Positions 18,001 through 30,427 are shown, counted from the stretch's first letter. The stretch: DNA of 64,000 bases from Bacteroidales bacterium (GCA_028724885.1 JAQYTJ010000024.1:2748-66747), one strand, 5' to 3'. Translations and numbers: made by a program. The notes: generated by a model not told the origin, from the letters alone.

Positions 18001-18047
18001 AAATTTGTCTGTTTTATGGGATGACCTAAAACAGACAAATTTTTTTG
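18001..18047 (+). terminator. 16-bp perfect inverted repeat; terminator of the TPR-OMP operon overlapping the gyrB promoter
   Basis: AAATTTGTCTGTTTTA-N10-TAAAACAGACAAATTT followed by a T-run; TAAATTTG -7 box at 18000-18007. Confidence 0.75.
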
Positions 18048-18048
18048 A

Positions 18049-20070
<2,022 letters not shown>

Positions 20071-20084
20071 AAATTCGCAATAAT

Positions 20085-21353
20085 ATGTACAACGACATTT
20101 TTGCAAGGATTTCTAAAGATACTGGCGGCCCAATCGGCCAGTATTATGACGATGGCTATGGTTATTACATGTTCCCTCGGCTGGAGGGGGAATTAGGCCC
20201 TCACATGAAGTTCAATGGGGTGGAGATGCTCAACTGGAGCCTCAATAACTACCTCGGCCTGGCGAACGACCCAGAGGTACGCAAGGCAGATGCCGATGCA
20301 GCCAATGAGTGGGGGCTGGCCTATCCTATGGGCAGCCGAATGCTGACCGGCCAAACTCGCTACCACGAGGAGCTGGAGAGGCGTTTCGCAGCCTTTGAGA
20401 AGAAGGAGGATGCCTTCCTGTTCAATTTCGGTTATCAGGGAATAGTTTCAGCCATTGATGCCCTTACTGGTCGTCACGACGTGATTGTGTACGATGCTGA
20501 GGCTCATGCATGTCTGCTGGACGGAATTCGCCTGCACGTGGGCGATAGCTTCAAATACAGACACAATGACATCGAGAGCTGCGAGAAGGTGCTCTCCAGG
20601 GCTTGCAAGCTGGCAGAAGAAAATGGCGGCGGCGTGCTGCTCATCACAGAAGGCGTGTTCGGAATGACCGGTGCGCTCGGAATCTTGGACAAGATCGTAG
20701 AACTCAAGAAGAAATATCAATTCAGAATATTCGTGGATGATGCTCATGGTTTCGGCATCATGGGCGAGCATGGCAGAGGCACCTCTGAACATCTGCACTG
20801 CATGGACGGCATCGATCTTTACATCGGAGCCTTTGCGAAAAGCATGGCCAGCATAGGCGGCTTCATTGCAGGTCCGAAGGACATAATCAAGTATCTGAAG
20901 TTCAACATGCGCTCTCAGATGTATGCCAAGGCGCTTCCGATGCCTCTTGTCATAGGAAACATGAAGCGGCTCGAAATCATCGACAGCCCTAAGGGCGATT
21001 CTTTGCGCAAGCAGCTTTTCACAGTTACGAGGGCCCTCCAGGATGGATTCCGCAAGGAGGGATTCGACATAGGGCCGGCAGAGGCCTGCGTCTCGCCTGT
21101 GCACGTGAAGGGCGGAATCGGCGAGGCCACTCATATAGTCAAGGATCTTCGCGAGAACTACAAGATATTCTGTTCCATAGTCATCTATCCGGTGATTCCG
21201 AAGGGAATGATAATATTCAGAATCATTGCTACTGCTGCCCATACTCTCGAAGACGTGGACTACACGCTCAATGTTTTCAAGGAGATAAGGGAGAAGCTTG
21301 ACAAGGGATACTATTCCAACGAGGAGATTGCTACAATGACAGTCATGAAATAA
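20085..21353 (+). CDS. PLP-dependent alpha-oxoamine synthase, cysteate acyltransferase (SulA/CapB/CFAT) type
   Basis: SLNNYLGLA, DAEAHAC, VDDAHG, PLP Lys in AFAKS (K252). N-terminus DIFAR..GGPIGQY and SQMYAKALP match the sulfonolipid-type clade as recalled, rather than SPT/BioF. Confidence 0.78.
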   Translation: MYNDIFARISKDTGGPIGQYYDDGYGYYMFPRLEGELGPHMKFNGVEMLNWSLNNYLGLANDPEVRKADADAANEWGLAYPMGSRMLTGQTRYHEELERRFAAFEKKEDAFLFNFGYQGIVSAIDALTGRHDVIVYDAEAHACLLDGIRLHVGDSFKYRHNDIESCEKVLSRACKLAEENGGGVLLITEGVFGMTGALGILDKIVELKKKYQFRIFVDDAHGFGIMGEHGRGTSEHLHCMDGIDLYIGAFAKSMASIGGFIAGPKDIIKYLKFNMRSQMYAKALPMPLVIGNMKRLEIIDSPKGDSLRKQLFTVTRALQDGFRKEGFDIGPAEACVSPVHVKGGIGEATHIVKDLRENYKIFCSIVIYPVIPKGMIIFRIIATAAHTLEDVDYTLNVFKEIREKLDKGYYSNEEIATMTVMK

Positions 21354-21364
21354 ATTCTCTGAAT

Positions 21365-22186
21365 ATGAATCCTGAATATTTCAGAGACAAAGTTATTATA
21401 GTAACTGGAGCCAGCTCGGGAATCGGGTTGGCTTCGGTGCGTCTTTTTGGCTCATTCGGGGCGAATGTCGTGATGGCTGCGAGATCCTATGAGAAATTGC
21501 TTGAACTGGCTCCGTCGGTGAACGGGAATCCTGAAAAAGTGCTCTGCGTGAAGGCCGACGTGAGCGTCGAAGAAGATTGCAAGAACCTCATTGCAAAGAC
21601 TGTCGAAAAATTTGGAAGAATTGACATACTGGTCAATAACGCCGGTATTTCGATGAGGGCTATGTTCAAAGATATGGACTTGTCTGTCATTAAAAGGCTG
21701 ATGGACGTGAACTTCTGGGGCACGGTTTATTGCACTAAATTCGCCCTGCCTTACCTGCTTGGTACGAAGGGGCAGGTCGTAGGAGTCATTTCTACCGCAG
21801 GATATTGTGCTTTGCCAGCCAGGACAGGATATTCCTCTTCAAAATATGCCATCAGGGGTTTCTTGGACACTATTCGCATCGAGCATATGAAAGATGGCCT
21901 GAACGTGCTTGTCTTTGCTCCTTGCTACACTTCTTCCAATGTTCGCAATGCGGCTCTCACCGCCAATGGCTCAGCACAAGGCAGCACTCCACTCAACGAG
22001 GGCAGGCTGATGAGCGCAGAAGAGTGTGCGATGCATCTGGCAAAGGCTCTTGGGAAAAGACGTTCGGAAGTCATTCTGGGTGCACTGGGCAAAGCTTCCG
22101 TGTGGGTACACAGGCTTTTCCCAAGGCTGATGGATCGCCTGACTTATAAATATATTGCTAGAGAAACGGGAAGTCCCTTCAAATAA
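21365..22186 (+). CDS. Short-chain dehydrogenase/reductase (candidate 3-ketocapnine reductase)
   Basis: TGASSGIG, NNAGI, catalytic YSSSK; 11 bp after the acyltransferase. SDR fold is certain, substrate inferred. Confidence 0.85.
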   Translation: MNPEYFRDKVIIVTGASSGIGLASVRLFGSFGANVVMAARSYEKLLELAPSVNGNPEKVLCVKADVSVEEDCKNLIAKTVEKFGRIDILVNNAGISMRAMFKDMDLSVIKRLMDVNFWGTVYCTKFALPYLLGTKGQVVGVISTAGYCALPARTGYSSSKYAIRGFLDTIRIEHMKDGLNVLVFAPCYTSSNVRNAALTANGSAQGSTPLNEGRLMSAEECAMHLAKALGKRRSEVILGALGKASVWVHRLFPRLMDRLTYKYIARETGSPFK

Positions 22187-22195
22187 TTAATCGAG

Positions 22196-24271
22196 ATGAA
22201 ACTGCCACGTCTTCCAAAAAACTATCTTCGGATTATTCTTCCGCTTTTCGCGCTTTTCCTCGTTCTTCTTTTCATTTTTCCGAGGAATGCGAAATTCAGC
22301 TACGACTATAGGAAAGGTTCGCCATGGAATCATGAGACGCTGATTGCCCAGTTTGATTTCCCTATCTTGAAATCTGACGAGCAGCTTAGGGAGGAGCGTA
22401 GCGCGAACCGTTCCGTTGAGGTTCCGTACTATGTCTATAAGGAAGATGTGGTGACAAACAGCAGGAAAGCTGCCGACGAGGCTGACCTGGGGGACTATTC
22501 TTGGCTGAGGCCGATAATCGTGTCCTCCATGCTGGACATCTATTCCAGCGGGGTTGTGAGCGACGAGGGCGTGAAGCTGGACTCTAGGGCAAAGAAAAAC
22601 CCTGATGCGGTTTTATATATTCATAAAGATAAGAGAGTCACCAAGAAGCCTGTTTCAGAGGTGCTTAAAGAATCAGATGCTAAAGCCAGGCTTCTTGACG
22701 ATGTTGCTAAGAAAGCAAAAGGTGCCAATGCAGATTCGGTGCTGAATGATAGTGGCCTCTATAATCTCATCTCGCCTAATCTTGAATATGATGCCAAGAC
22801 GACCGAGCTGGTGAACTCGCAGAGATATTCTCAGATTTCGCCTACGCAAGGGTTCGTGAGCGCTGGGCAGCTCATTGTCTCAAAAGGCGAGATAGTCACT
22901 GCCGAGGTGGCTCAGATTCTTGATTCATACAAGGTTGAATATGAGGCCAGCATGGGTTACGGCGGCCCGAAAGTGTTATTCTGGTTAGGGAATGCTCTCA
23001 TAGCTGCGTTGTTGGCGTTCTTGATATTCCTAGCACTCTATTTTTCAAATAACAACATATTCAAAGAAAATAACAAGTTCTATTATGTGCTGTTCGTTTT
23101 TCTCTTGATTACCGTTGTAACGCTTATAATCAATAAATTCGCTCCAAGATTCATCTACATGGTGCCGTTCACCCTGACTGCCCTGTTATTGGAAGCGTTT
23201 TTCAAGAATAAGTTCATAATTCCGCAATGTTTCATATCTCTGCTGCCGCTTCTGATTTTCGCCAATAACGGAATCGTGCTTTATGTGATATTCATTTCAG
23301 GCAGCCTGGTCGCAATATATACTTTTAGATTTTTCAATCATAGCTGGATGCAGTTCATCTCCGCAATGATAGTATTCTGCACGATGGCTCTTACGTATTT
23401 CGGCTTCAGGATGATTGACATGGTGAATGATAACCCTTACCAGGCCCTCCTCTTCCTTTTCGTGTCTTCTATGCTCTCTGTGGCTGGGTACCCGTTGGTT
23501 TATCTTTTCGAGAGGATGTTCAACCTTGTGTCGAATTCTCGCCTGAGGGAACTGTGCGACACGAACAATCCGCTGCTGAGGCAGCTGGAGCATCTTGCGC
23601 CTGGCACTTTCCAGCATTCTCTGCAGGTCATGAATATGGCGGATGCGGCTGCGCGCGCCATTGATGCGAACCCTTTGCTGGTAAGCGCAGGAGCATTATA
23701 TCACGACATTGGCAAAATGAAAAACCCACTATGCTTCATTGAAAACGCCAGCATGAATCCAGGAGGGGCGCATTATCACGATCATCTAACCCCGAAGGAG
23801 AGCGCAAAGGCCATAATCAAGCACGTTGATGATGGCTTGGAGCTGGCGGATAAATATAATCTGCCTGAAGTGATCAGGGAGTTCATCAGAACCCACCAGG
23901 GGACATCCGCAACGACATATTTCTATAATAAATATCTCAACGAGGGTGGGGATCCTTCGGATGTGGCCGATTTCTTCTACCATGGGGAAAAGCCTTACAC
24001 AAAGGAACAGACCATACTTATGATATGCGACACTATGGAAGCTGCCTCTAGAACGTTGAAAGACAATTCCCAGGAGGCCTTGTCTGAATTCGTCGAGCGG
24101 ATGGTGGCTATGAAGGTGGATGCGGGGCAGCTGGATAATTCCATTATCTCCATAAGGCAGCTATGCACCCTTAAGCAAGTCTTGAAAGATTATTTAAGGC
24201 AAATATTCCACGAGAGGATAGAATACCCTAACCGTAAGCCCGGTATTGGCAGATTGGGGATAAATGTTTAA
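22196..24271 (+). CDS. 7TM-HDIG phosphodiesterase (PgpH-like, putative c-di-AMP hydrolase)
   Basis: N-terminal TM, extracellular domain, 7 TM helices, APGTFQHS, YHDIGK, HQGT, ICDTMEAA. Confidence 0.88.
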   Translation: MKLPRLPKNYLRIILPLFALFLVLLFIFPRNAKFSYDYRKGSPWNHETLIAQFDFPILKSDEQLREERSANRSVEVPYYVYKEDVVTNSRKAADEADLGDYSWLRPIIVSSMLDIYSSGVVSDEGVKLDSRAKKNPDAVLYIHKDKRVTKKPVSEVLKESDAKARLLDDVAKKAKGANADSVLNDSGLYNLISPNLEYDAKTTELVNSQRYSQISPTQGFVSAGQLIVSKGEIVTAEVAQILDSYKVEYEASMGYGGPKVLFWLGNALIAALLAFLIFLALYFSNNNIFKENNKFYYVLFVFLLITVVTLIINKFAPRFIYMVPFTLTALLLEAFFKNKFIIPQCFISLLPLLIFANNGIVLYVIFISGSLVAIYTFRFFNHSWMQFISAMIVFCTMALTYFGFRMIDMVNDNPYQALLFLFVSSMLSVAGYPLVYLFERMFNLVSNSRLRELCDTNNPLLRQLEHLAPGTFQHSLQVMNMADAAARAIDANPLLVSAGALYHDIGKMKNPLCFIENASMNPGGAHYHDHLTPKESAKAIIKHVDDGLELADKYNLPEVIREFIRTHQGTSATTYFYNKYLNEGGDPSDVADFFYHGEKPYTKEQTILMICDTMEAASRTLKDNSQEALSEFVERMVAMKVDAGQLDNSIISIRQLCTLKQVLKDYLRQIFHERIEYPNRKPGIGRLGINV

Positions 24272-24276
24272 CTTTG
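24269..24276 (+). promoter_or_regulatory. -7 promoter box for tig-clpP-clpX
   Basis: TAACTTTG overlapping the upstream stop codon, 34 nt before the tig ATG. Confidence 0.55.
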
Positions 24277-24310
24277 AACCCATTTTTTGAATATAAAATA
24301 TTAATATACA

Positions 24311-25627
24311 ATGGAAGTCACAAAGAATCAAATCGATGATTTGAACATCGAACTTACAATTGCCTTGAAGGCAGATGATTATGCCGATGCGGAAAGAAAA
24401 AGCTTGGCTGTATATAAGAGAAAGGCGGATTTCAAAGGATTCCGCAAGGGCATGGCTCCGATCAGCCTTGTCAAGCGGATTTACGGTGAGCAGGCGCTGT
24501 ACGAGGCTATCAACGGCATCGTTGCCGAGCAGCTAGATAAATTCATAAAGGACAATAATCTGAAAGTATTAGGCGAACCTCTCCCTAGCGAGAACCAGAA
24601 AGAGAATGACTGGAAGGACGGAGCAGATTTCGAATTCAAATTCGACATTGGCCTGTCTCCAGAGCTGAATTTCGAGGTTGACGAGTCAGACAAATTCACT
24701 TATTACGACATCGAAATATCCGATAAGGAGAAAGCAGATGCGAAAGCGGATCTGCTCCGTCAGCATGGCGATTTTCAGGAGTGCGAAAAGGCCGGAGAGG
24801 ATGATCTCCTGACGGTAGACCTCAGGCAAGGCGAGAAGTCGGTGGAAGGCGCTTACGTGAGCATACGCAGCGTGGCTGATTCGCAGAAGAGCCTGTTCGT
24901 AGGCGTCAAAGCCGATGATAAGTTCACCGTAAACGTGAACGAGGCCTTTGCTAATGAGGTAGACAGGGCTAATCTGCTGAAAGTCAAGAAAGAAGACTTA
25001 TCTGGAATGGAGCCTGAATGGGAGGTCACCGTCGTGAACGTAAAGACGTTCGCCCCTGCCGAGGAGAATCAGGAGACATACGACAAGATTTTCGGGCAAG
25101 GCGTCGTGACTACTCCTGAAGAATTCGAAGTCAGAATAATCGAGAGGCTTCAGAACAGCCACAAGCAGGATTCGGACTACAAGCTGAATCAGGATATTCG
25201 TGAATATTATGTCAATAAAGCTGGCATTTCGCTTCCTGATGCCTTCCTGAAAAGATGGCTTCTGGAGAATAACAAAGAGAAAGTCACCAAAGAGGATGTC
25301 GATAAAGAGTTTGAAGGCTTCGCAAAAGATTTCAAATGGCAGCTCGTGCGAGGCTATATCCTCAAGAAATTCGACGTGAAGATTAATGATAAGGACTTGC
25401 TTGATGCCGCAAAAGGCTATGCGGCATATCAGTATGCCATGTACGGCATGGGAAATCTCTCGGAGGAGATACTCAAAGACGCAGCACATCATTTCCTCCA
25501 GGACGAACGTCACTCTCGCAATATCGAGGAGTTCGTAGAGAACGATAAGGCAGTGGCTGCCGTGAAAGAGCATGCTACCCTTGAGGGTAAGAAAATCTCA
25601 TTTGAGAAATTCGGGAAGCTGAAATAA
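24311..25627 (+). CDS. tig: Trigger factor
   Basis: GFRKGMAP ribosome-binding motif; position before clpP-clpX. Confidence 0.93.
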   Translation: MEVTKNQIDDLNIELTIALKADDYADAERKSLAVYKRKADFKGFRKGMAPISLVKRIYGEQALYEAINGIVAEQLDKFIKDNNLKVLGEPLPSENQKENDWKDGADFEFKFDIGLSPELNFEVDESDKFTYYDIEISDKEKADAKADLLRQHGDFQECEKAGEDDLLTVDLRQGEKSVEGAYVSIRSVADSQKSLFVGVKADDKFTVNVNEAFANEVDRANLLKVKKEDLSGMEPEWEVTVVNVKTFAPAEENQETYDKIFGQGVVTTPEEFEVRIIERLQNSHKQDSDYKLNQDIREYYVNKAGISLPDAFLKRWLLENNKEKVTKEDVDKEFEGFAKDFKWQLVRGYILKKFDVKINDKDLLDAAKGYAAYQYAMYGMGNLSEEILKDAAHHFLQDERHSRNIEEFVENDKAVAAVKEHATLEGKKISFEKFGKLK

Positions 25628-25628
25628 T

Positions 25629-26300
25629 ATGAAAGACAATTTCAATGAATATGCTGTCAAAGGTAGGGGTCTGAGTTCCAATACCCTAGACGATTACAAA
25701 AGAGCGATTGATGATTACATCAATCCGACTATTATCGAAGAGAGAAAACTTAATGTCGCCTCTATGGATGTTTTCAGTCGCTTGATGATGGACAGGATTG
25801 TATTCTTGGGCGTACAGATCAATGACGACGTAGCCAACATCATCACGGCTCAGCTGCTGTATCTTGCATCCGCAGATCCGTCGGCAGACATATCGCTGTA
25901 CGTCAATACCCCAGGCGGAGTAGTGACATCCGGTCTTGCGATCTACGACACAATGCAGCTCGTGGAACCCGATGTGGCGACCATCTGCATAGGCCAGGCT
26001 GCTTCTATGGGTTCAGTGCTCCTTTGCGCCGGAGCTAAAGGCAAGCGTTCATGCTTGCCTCATGCAAGGGTGCTGATCCATCAGCCACTCGGAGGCGCTC
26101 AGGGGCAGGCTTCTGACATCATGATCGCCGCCAAGGAAATAGAGAAGATGAGAACCGAGCTTTATACAATAATCTCTGAGCATTCAGGCCAGCCTTACGA
26201 TAAGGTATTCAAGGATGCGGACAGGGATTATTGGATGAATGCCAAGGAAGCTCTTGATTATGGCATGGTAGACGAGATCCTCACTAAGAAAGCTAAATAA
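25629..26300 (+). CDS. clpP: ATP-dependent Clp protease proteolytic subunit
   Basis: DVFSRLMMDRIVFLG, catalytic AASMG, IHQP, DRD. Confidence 0.97.
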   Translation: MKDNFNEYAVKGRGLSSNTLDDYKRAIDDYINPTIIEERKLNVASMDVFSRLMMDRIVFLGVQINDDVANIITAQLLYLASADPSADISLYVNTPGGVVTSGLAIYDTMQLVEPDVATICIGQAASMGSVLLCAGAKGKRSCLPHARVLIHQPLGGAQGQASDIMIAAKEIEKMRTELYTIISEHSGQPYDKVFKDADRDYWMNAKEALDYGMVDEILTKKAK

Positions 26301-27542
26301 ATGGCAAGCGGAAAGACGACATCTAAGGGGGGAAGACGCTGCATGTTCTGCGGAATGAAGGAGAGCGAGGTGCCTTTCCTCATTGAGGGGCTTTATGGCT
26401 GCATTTGCAGCGATTGCGTTGAGCTGGCTCACAGCTATCTAAAGGACTTGACAAGCTCCAACGCAAAAAAAAATAATCTTGGAAGGATAGAAGACGTTAA
26501 GAAGCCTAAAGAAATAAAGGCGTTTCTTGATGAATATGTCATCGGCCAGGATCGTGCGAAAAAAGTGCTTTCCGTGGCCGTCTACAACCATTATAAGCGA
26601 ATCAACCACAATCTGGTGGACAAGCCGGACGATGGAGTGGAGCTGGAGAAATCCAATATCTTGCTCGTAGGGCCTACTGGAACTGGCAAGACATTGCTGG
26701 CCAGAACTATAGCTAAGATGCTTAATGTGCCGTTCACGATTGTAGACGCGACGGTGCTCACAGAGGCTGGTTATGTCGGTGAAGATGTGGAGAGCATTTT
26801 GACAAGGCTTCTGCAAGAGGCCGATTACGATGTCGCTAAGGCTGAGAGGGGGATAGTTTTCATCGACGAGATAGACAAGATCGCCCGCAAGAGCGACAAC
26901 CCATCCATTACCAGGGATGTTTCTGGCGAGGGCGTTCAGCAGGCTATGCTGAAGCTGCTTGAAGGAAATGTGATAAATGTGCCGCCAGAGGGAGGTAGGA
27001 AGCATCCAGAGCAGGAGTTCATTCACGTTAACACTCAGAATATTCTCTTCATTTGCGGAGGAGCTTTCGAGGGCATTGAGAGAAAGATTGCGCAGAGACT
27101 GAACACTCAGGTGATTGGTTTTGGCGCCACGAAGAAACAGAGGGTGGACAGGAACAGTCTGCTGAAATATGTGGATGCCCAGGACATGAGAGCTTACGGC
27201 CTGATTCCTGAAATAATAGGCCGTCTGCCAGTCATCACTTATCTTGATCAGCTGGACAGGGATGCGCTCCTGAGGATTCTGACGGAACCGAAAAATGCTA
27301 TTCTGAAGCAGTATGAGAAGCTTTTCGAAATGGATGGCATGACGCTGAAGATCGAACCTGGGGTGAAAGAGCTCATCGTCGACACTGCGATAAGCAATAA
27401 GCTTGGAGCCCGTGGACTGCGTTCCATCTGCGAGCAGATTTTCGACGATGCCATGTACGATGCCCCGTCTTCCAGCAAGAAGACTTTCACCGTCACCTTG
27501 AAGTACGCTCAGCAGAAACTTGAAAATTCCATTCAGCAATGA
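26301..27542 (+). CDS. clpX: ATP-dependent Clp protease ATP-binding subunit
   Basis: Zn finger [39 protein letters not shown]. Confidence 0.98.
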   Translation: MASGKTTSKGGRRCMFCGMKESEVPFLIEGLYGCICSDCVELAHSYLKDLTSSNAKKNNLGRIEDVKKPKEIKAFLDEYVIGQDRAKKVLSVAVYNHYKRINHNLVDKPDDGVELEKSNILLVGPTGTGKTLLARTIAKMLNVPFTIVDATVLTEAGYVGEDVESILTRLLQEADYDVAKAERGIVFIDEIDKIARKSDNPSITRDVSGEGVQQAMLKLLEGNVINVPPEGGRKHPEQEFIHVNTQNILFICGGAFEGIERKIAQRLNTQVIGFGATKKQRVDRNSLLKYVDAQDMRAYGLIPEIIGRLPVITYLDQLDRDALLRILTEPKNAILKQYEKLFEMDGMTLKIEPGVKELIVDTAISNKLGARGLRSICEQIFDDAMYDAPSSSKKTFTVTLKYAQQKLENSIQQ

Positions 27543-28378
27543 CGACAGATGGCATATTCAGACAGATTCGCTCTAAGCGCACCATGCTCTGCGTGGGGCT
27601 AGATACAGACTATGCAAAACTGCCTGAATGCGTCAAGTCTGGACGCAGCGTTACGGAAGCAGTTCTGGAATTCAATAAACGCATCATAGATGCAACAGCT
27701 CCGCATTGCGTGGCCTTCAAGCCGAATCTAGCTTTTTATGAATATCTTGGAGCGGCTGGCTGGGAAGTGCTTGGAGAAACGGTTGAATATATTCGTTCCA
27801 ATCATCCGGAAGAGTTCATAATTGCCGATGCTAAAAGGGGGGATATCGGAAATACAGCGAAGATGTACGCCCGCACGCTTTTTGAAACATTCGATTTCGA
27901 CGCTGTGACGCTCTCGCCATATATGGGCAGCGAGACGGTCACTCCATTCCTTGAATATCCTGGTCGCTATGCCATAGTGGTGGCACTCTCTTCCAATCCA
28001 TCGTCGTCTGATTTCCAAGGCCTCGTAAACGGCGCTGTCCCACGCTCTGCCGATAGCTCGGCGTATAAGCCTCTGTATCGAGCCGTGATGGAGAAAATGA
28101 TGTCCATTTCCACTCCTGATAATATGATGTTCGTGGTGGGAGCTACGAAGGCTGACAAGCTGAAAGAAATCCGTGCATTTTGCCCGGATAATTTCTTCTT
28201 GGTGCCAGGCGTAGGTGCTCAGGGGGGGAGCGCAGAGGAGGTGATCGCCAATGGTGCGAGTGCTAAAGGCGGGCTATTAATTAACTCCTCGCGAGCTATC
28301 CTTTACGCTTCTTCTGGAGAAGATTATGCCCATGCTGCCGCAGCGATGGCCTCCCTAACTGCAATTTTCAAAGGCTGA
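27539..28378 (+). CDS. pyrF: Orotidine-5'-phosphate decarboxylase (type 2)
   Basis: [45 protein letters not shown]. Confidence 0.96.
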   Translation: MTTDGIFRQIRSKRTMLCVGLDTDYAKLPECVKSGRSVTEAVLEFNKRIIDATAPHCVAFKPNLAFYEYLGAAGWEVLGETVEYIRSNHPEEFIIADAKRGDIGNTAKMYARTLFETFDFDAVTLSPYMGSETVTPFLEYPGRYAIVVALSSNPSSSDFQGLVNGAVPRSADSSAYKPLYRAVMEKMMSISTPDNMMFVVGATKADKLKEIRAFCPDNFFLVPGVGAQGGSAEEVIANGASAKGGLLINSSRAILYASSGEDYAHAAAAMASLTAIFKG

Positions 28379-28402
28379 CCTTATGTCTGCCATGATTTGC
28401 AG

Positions 28403-28894
28403 ATGACCTTCATATTCGTAATATTTGCCCTTATCGCGACAGCATTTTCGGCATCGTATTTTCTGCCTTGGGCAGTCAGCAAACTCGTTGGCATATTCAT
28501 AAAACCAGTTGGGAAGCATGCTCGCAAAGTTGGTAAGCTATTTTTCATTGGTGCATTTTGTTGTTTCATCTTCGGCCTTGGCTTCGGCTGGCGTCTTATT
28601 ACCGTAAGACACGTCGACATATTCTTTGATGACCTTCCAGTGACTTTTGATGGCTATAAAATTGCGCAACTCTCGGATCTCCATCTCGGTACATATCATT
28701 TCAGCCATAAGGCCATAGCGCGTGAGGTACGCAAGACTCTGGCAGAGCAGCCAGATATCATTGTTTTTACTGGGGACATAGTGAATTTAATGCCTTCAGA
28801 ACTTCGGTCTTTCACAGAAATTTTATCTGGCTTACATGCGCCTGACGGCGTATGGTCCATAATGGGCAACCATGACTACGTAGTCGCTCCTTAA
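28403..28894 (+). pseudogene. YkuE-like membrane metallophosphoesterase truncated by IS5
   Basis: Motifs SDLHLG, FTGDIVN, MGNHDY are present; the stop codon is supplied by the IS left end; C-terminal H and GHTH motifs are missing. Confidence 0.85.
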
Positions 28895-30343
28895 GAGTTA
28901 TTTAATAAATTGACAATCAATCAAATAAAAGTAGTATTTTTTGTTTTTGTCTGCGGAATTTCGTACCTTTATGTCTGGAAACCTTGCAGAAAATGATAGG
29001 AAAATCACCGAACCAGAACGAGGGCGAACTTTTCAGGCCGCTGCTTAAAGAATTCATAGACATGAACCACGAATTGGCATTGCTAGCTGACAGGATAGAC
29101 TGGCGCTACTTCGAGAAGGAGTTTGCACCCCTCTATTCCAAGACCGGCTGCCCGGCGATGCCGGTAAGATTCATGGTTGGATGCATGATGCTGAAGCACA
29201 TGTACAATCTGGGAGACGAGACATTGGCAGAAGCCTGGGTGATGAACCCATACTTTCAATACTTCACAGGTGCAGCCTTCTTTGAGCACAAGTTCCCATG
29301 CGACCCGAGCGACTTCGTGCACTTCCGCAAGCGCATCGGAGAGTCTGGCTTTCAGAAGATCTTCGAGTATAGCGTGAAGATGTCCGGGAAGAAAGCGGAG
29401 GAGCCATTGGTGGTGTCAGACACAACCGTACAGGGCAACAACACGACGTTCCCGACTGACGCGAGGTTGTACAAGAAGGTGATAGACGGCTGCAACAAGA
29501 TAGCTCACGTCGAGGACATCCCTCAGAGACAGACCTATACGAAGACCAGCAAGGAGTTGCTCCGGATGACATACAACAGCGAGCATCCGAAGCGTCACAA
29601 GAAGGCCGCTGCCGCGATGAGGAAGCTCCATACGATCGCCGGCCGTCAAGTACGAGAATTGGAAAGGGTGATGACAGAAGATCAGCGCAGGGAGTATGAA
29701 GAAGAACTCATCATCTACAACAGAGTCCTGTCCCAGACTCGCCACAGCAAGGATAAGGTGTACAGCGTCCACAAACCGCATACGGCATGCATAGCAAAAG
29801 GAAAGGCAAGCCACAAGTACGAGTTTGGCCAGAAGGTGGGAATGATACTGACAGCCAAATCCCAGATTATCGTTGCAATCAAGGCCTTCGGAGGCAATCC
29901 TCACGACAGTAAAACCGTGGAGCCGCTTCTTGAGCAGATGGCTTCCGGGAATCAGAAATTACCTGAGACATTGGCCTATGACCGTGGCGGACGCGGTGCG
30001 AAGGAGGTTATGGGAGTCAAGGTGATTACGCCTGGCAAGCCGAAGAAATCGGACACTTCGTATGACAGGAAGAAAAAACGGTATCCATTCAGACGCAGAG
30101 CAGGCATCGAACCGGTCTTCGGACATCTGAAGACTGACCACCGCATGCAGGATAACTTCCTGAGTGGCAGGGAATCCGCCTCCATCAACGCAATGCTGGC
30201 CGCAACTGGCTGGAATCTGAAGAAAATGATGAAGGACCTTGCAAAGAAGAGCGCAAAGACTTTATTTGTCTTGTTGCAAATCCTCTTCGGAGATCCTCAA
30301 TATAAATTACAAACTGCGCAATAGGCAGTTGTTAAGGATTGAC
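28883..30343 (+). mobile_element. IS5-family insertion sequence
   Basis: Imperfect inverted ends GTCGCTCCTTAA (28883-28894) / TTAAGGATTGAC (30332-30343), each flanked by TA; single transposase ORF. Confidence 0.85.
28993..30324 (+). CDS. IS5-family DDE transposase
   Basis: InsH-like N-terminus (LADRIDW, YFQYFTG, CDPSDFVHFRKRIG), VSDTTVQ, YDRGGRG, RAGIEPVFGHLK. Confidence 0.93.
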   Translation: MIGKSPNQNEGELFRPLLKEFIDMNHELALLADRIDWRYFEKEFAPLYSKTGCPAMPVRFMVGCMMLKHMYNLGDETLAEAWVMNPYFQYFTGAAFFEHKFPCDPSDFVHFRKRIGESGFQKIFEYSVKMSGKKAEEPLVVSDTTVQGNNTTFPTDARLYKKVIDGCNKIAHVEDIPQRQTYTKTSKELLRMTYNSEHPKRHKKAAAAMRKLHTIAGRQVRELERVMTEDQRREYEEELIIYNRVLSQTRHSKDKVYSVHKPHTACIAKGKASHKYEFGQKVGMILTAKSQIIVAIKAFGGNPHDSKTVEPLLEQMASGNQKLPETLAYDRGGRGAKEVMGVKVITPGKPKKSDTSYDRKKKRYPFRRRAGIEPVFGHLKTDHRMQDNFLSGRESASINAMLAATGWNLKKMMKDLAKKSAKTLFVLLQILFGDPQYKLQTAQ

Positions 30344-30427
30344 TAAATATTAACGGACACTTTCCCTGGTGAGGAAGGTTTAGTTTAGGAGGCTCTGCCA
30401 CCTAGGGCATCCGACTGGCAGTTCGGA

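Noticed and set aside
20085-21353. Serine palmitoyltransferase or BioF call
   Set aside because: Lys at 282 and the N-terminal pattern fit the cysteate-type clade better; kept only as an alternative.
26439-27539. 366-aa ORF antisense to clpX (also 9674-10324, 10464-11180, 20448-21242, 58669-59673, 61505-62263 and other long opposite-strand ORFs)
   Set aside because: Shadow ORFs of well-supported genes; no recognisable motifs or start context.
30346-30420. Continuation of the metallophosphoesterase after IS5
   Set aside because: All three forward frames stop within about 15 codons and lack the expected motifs.
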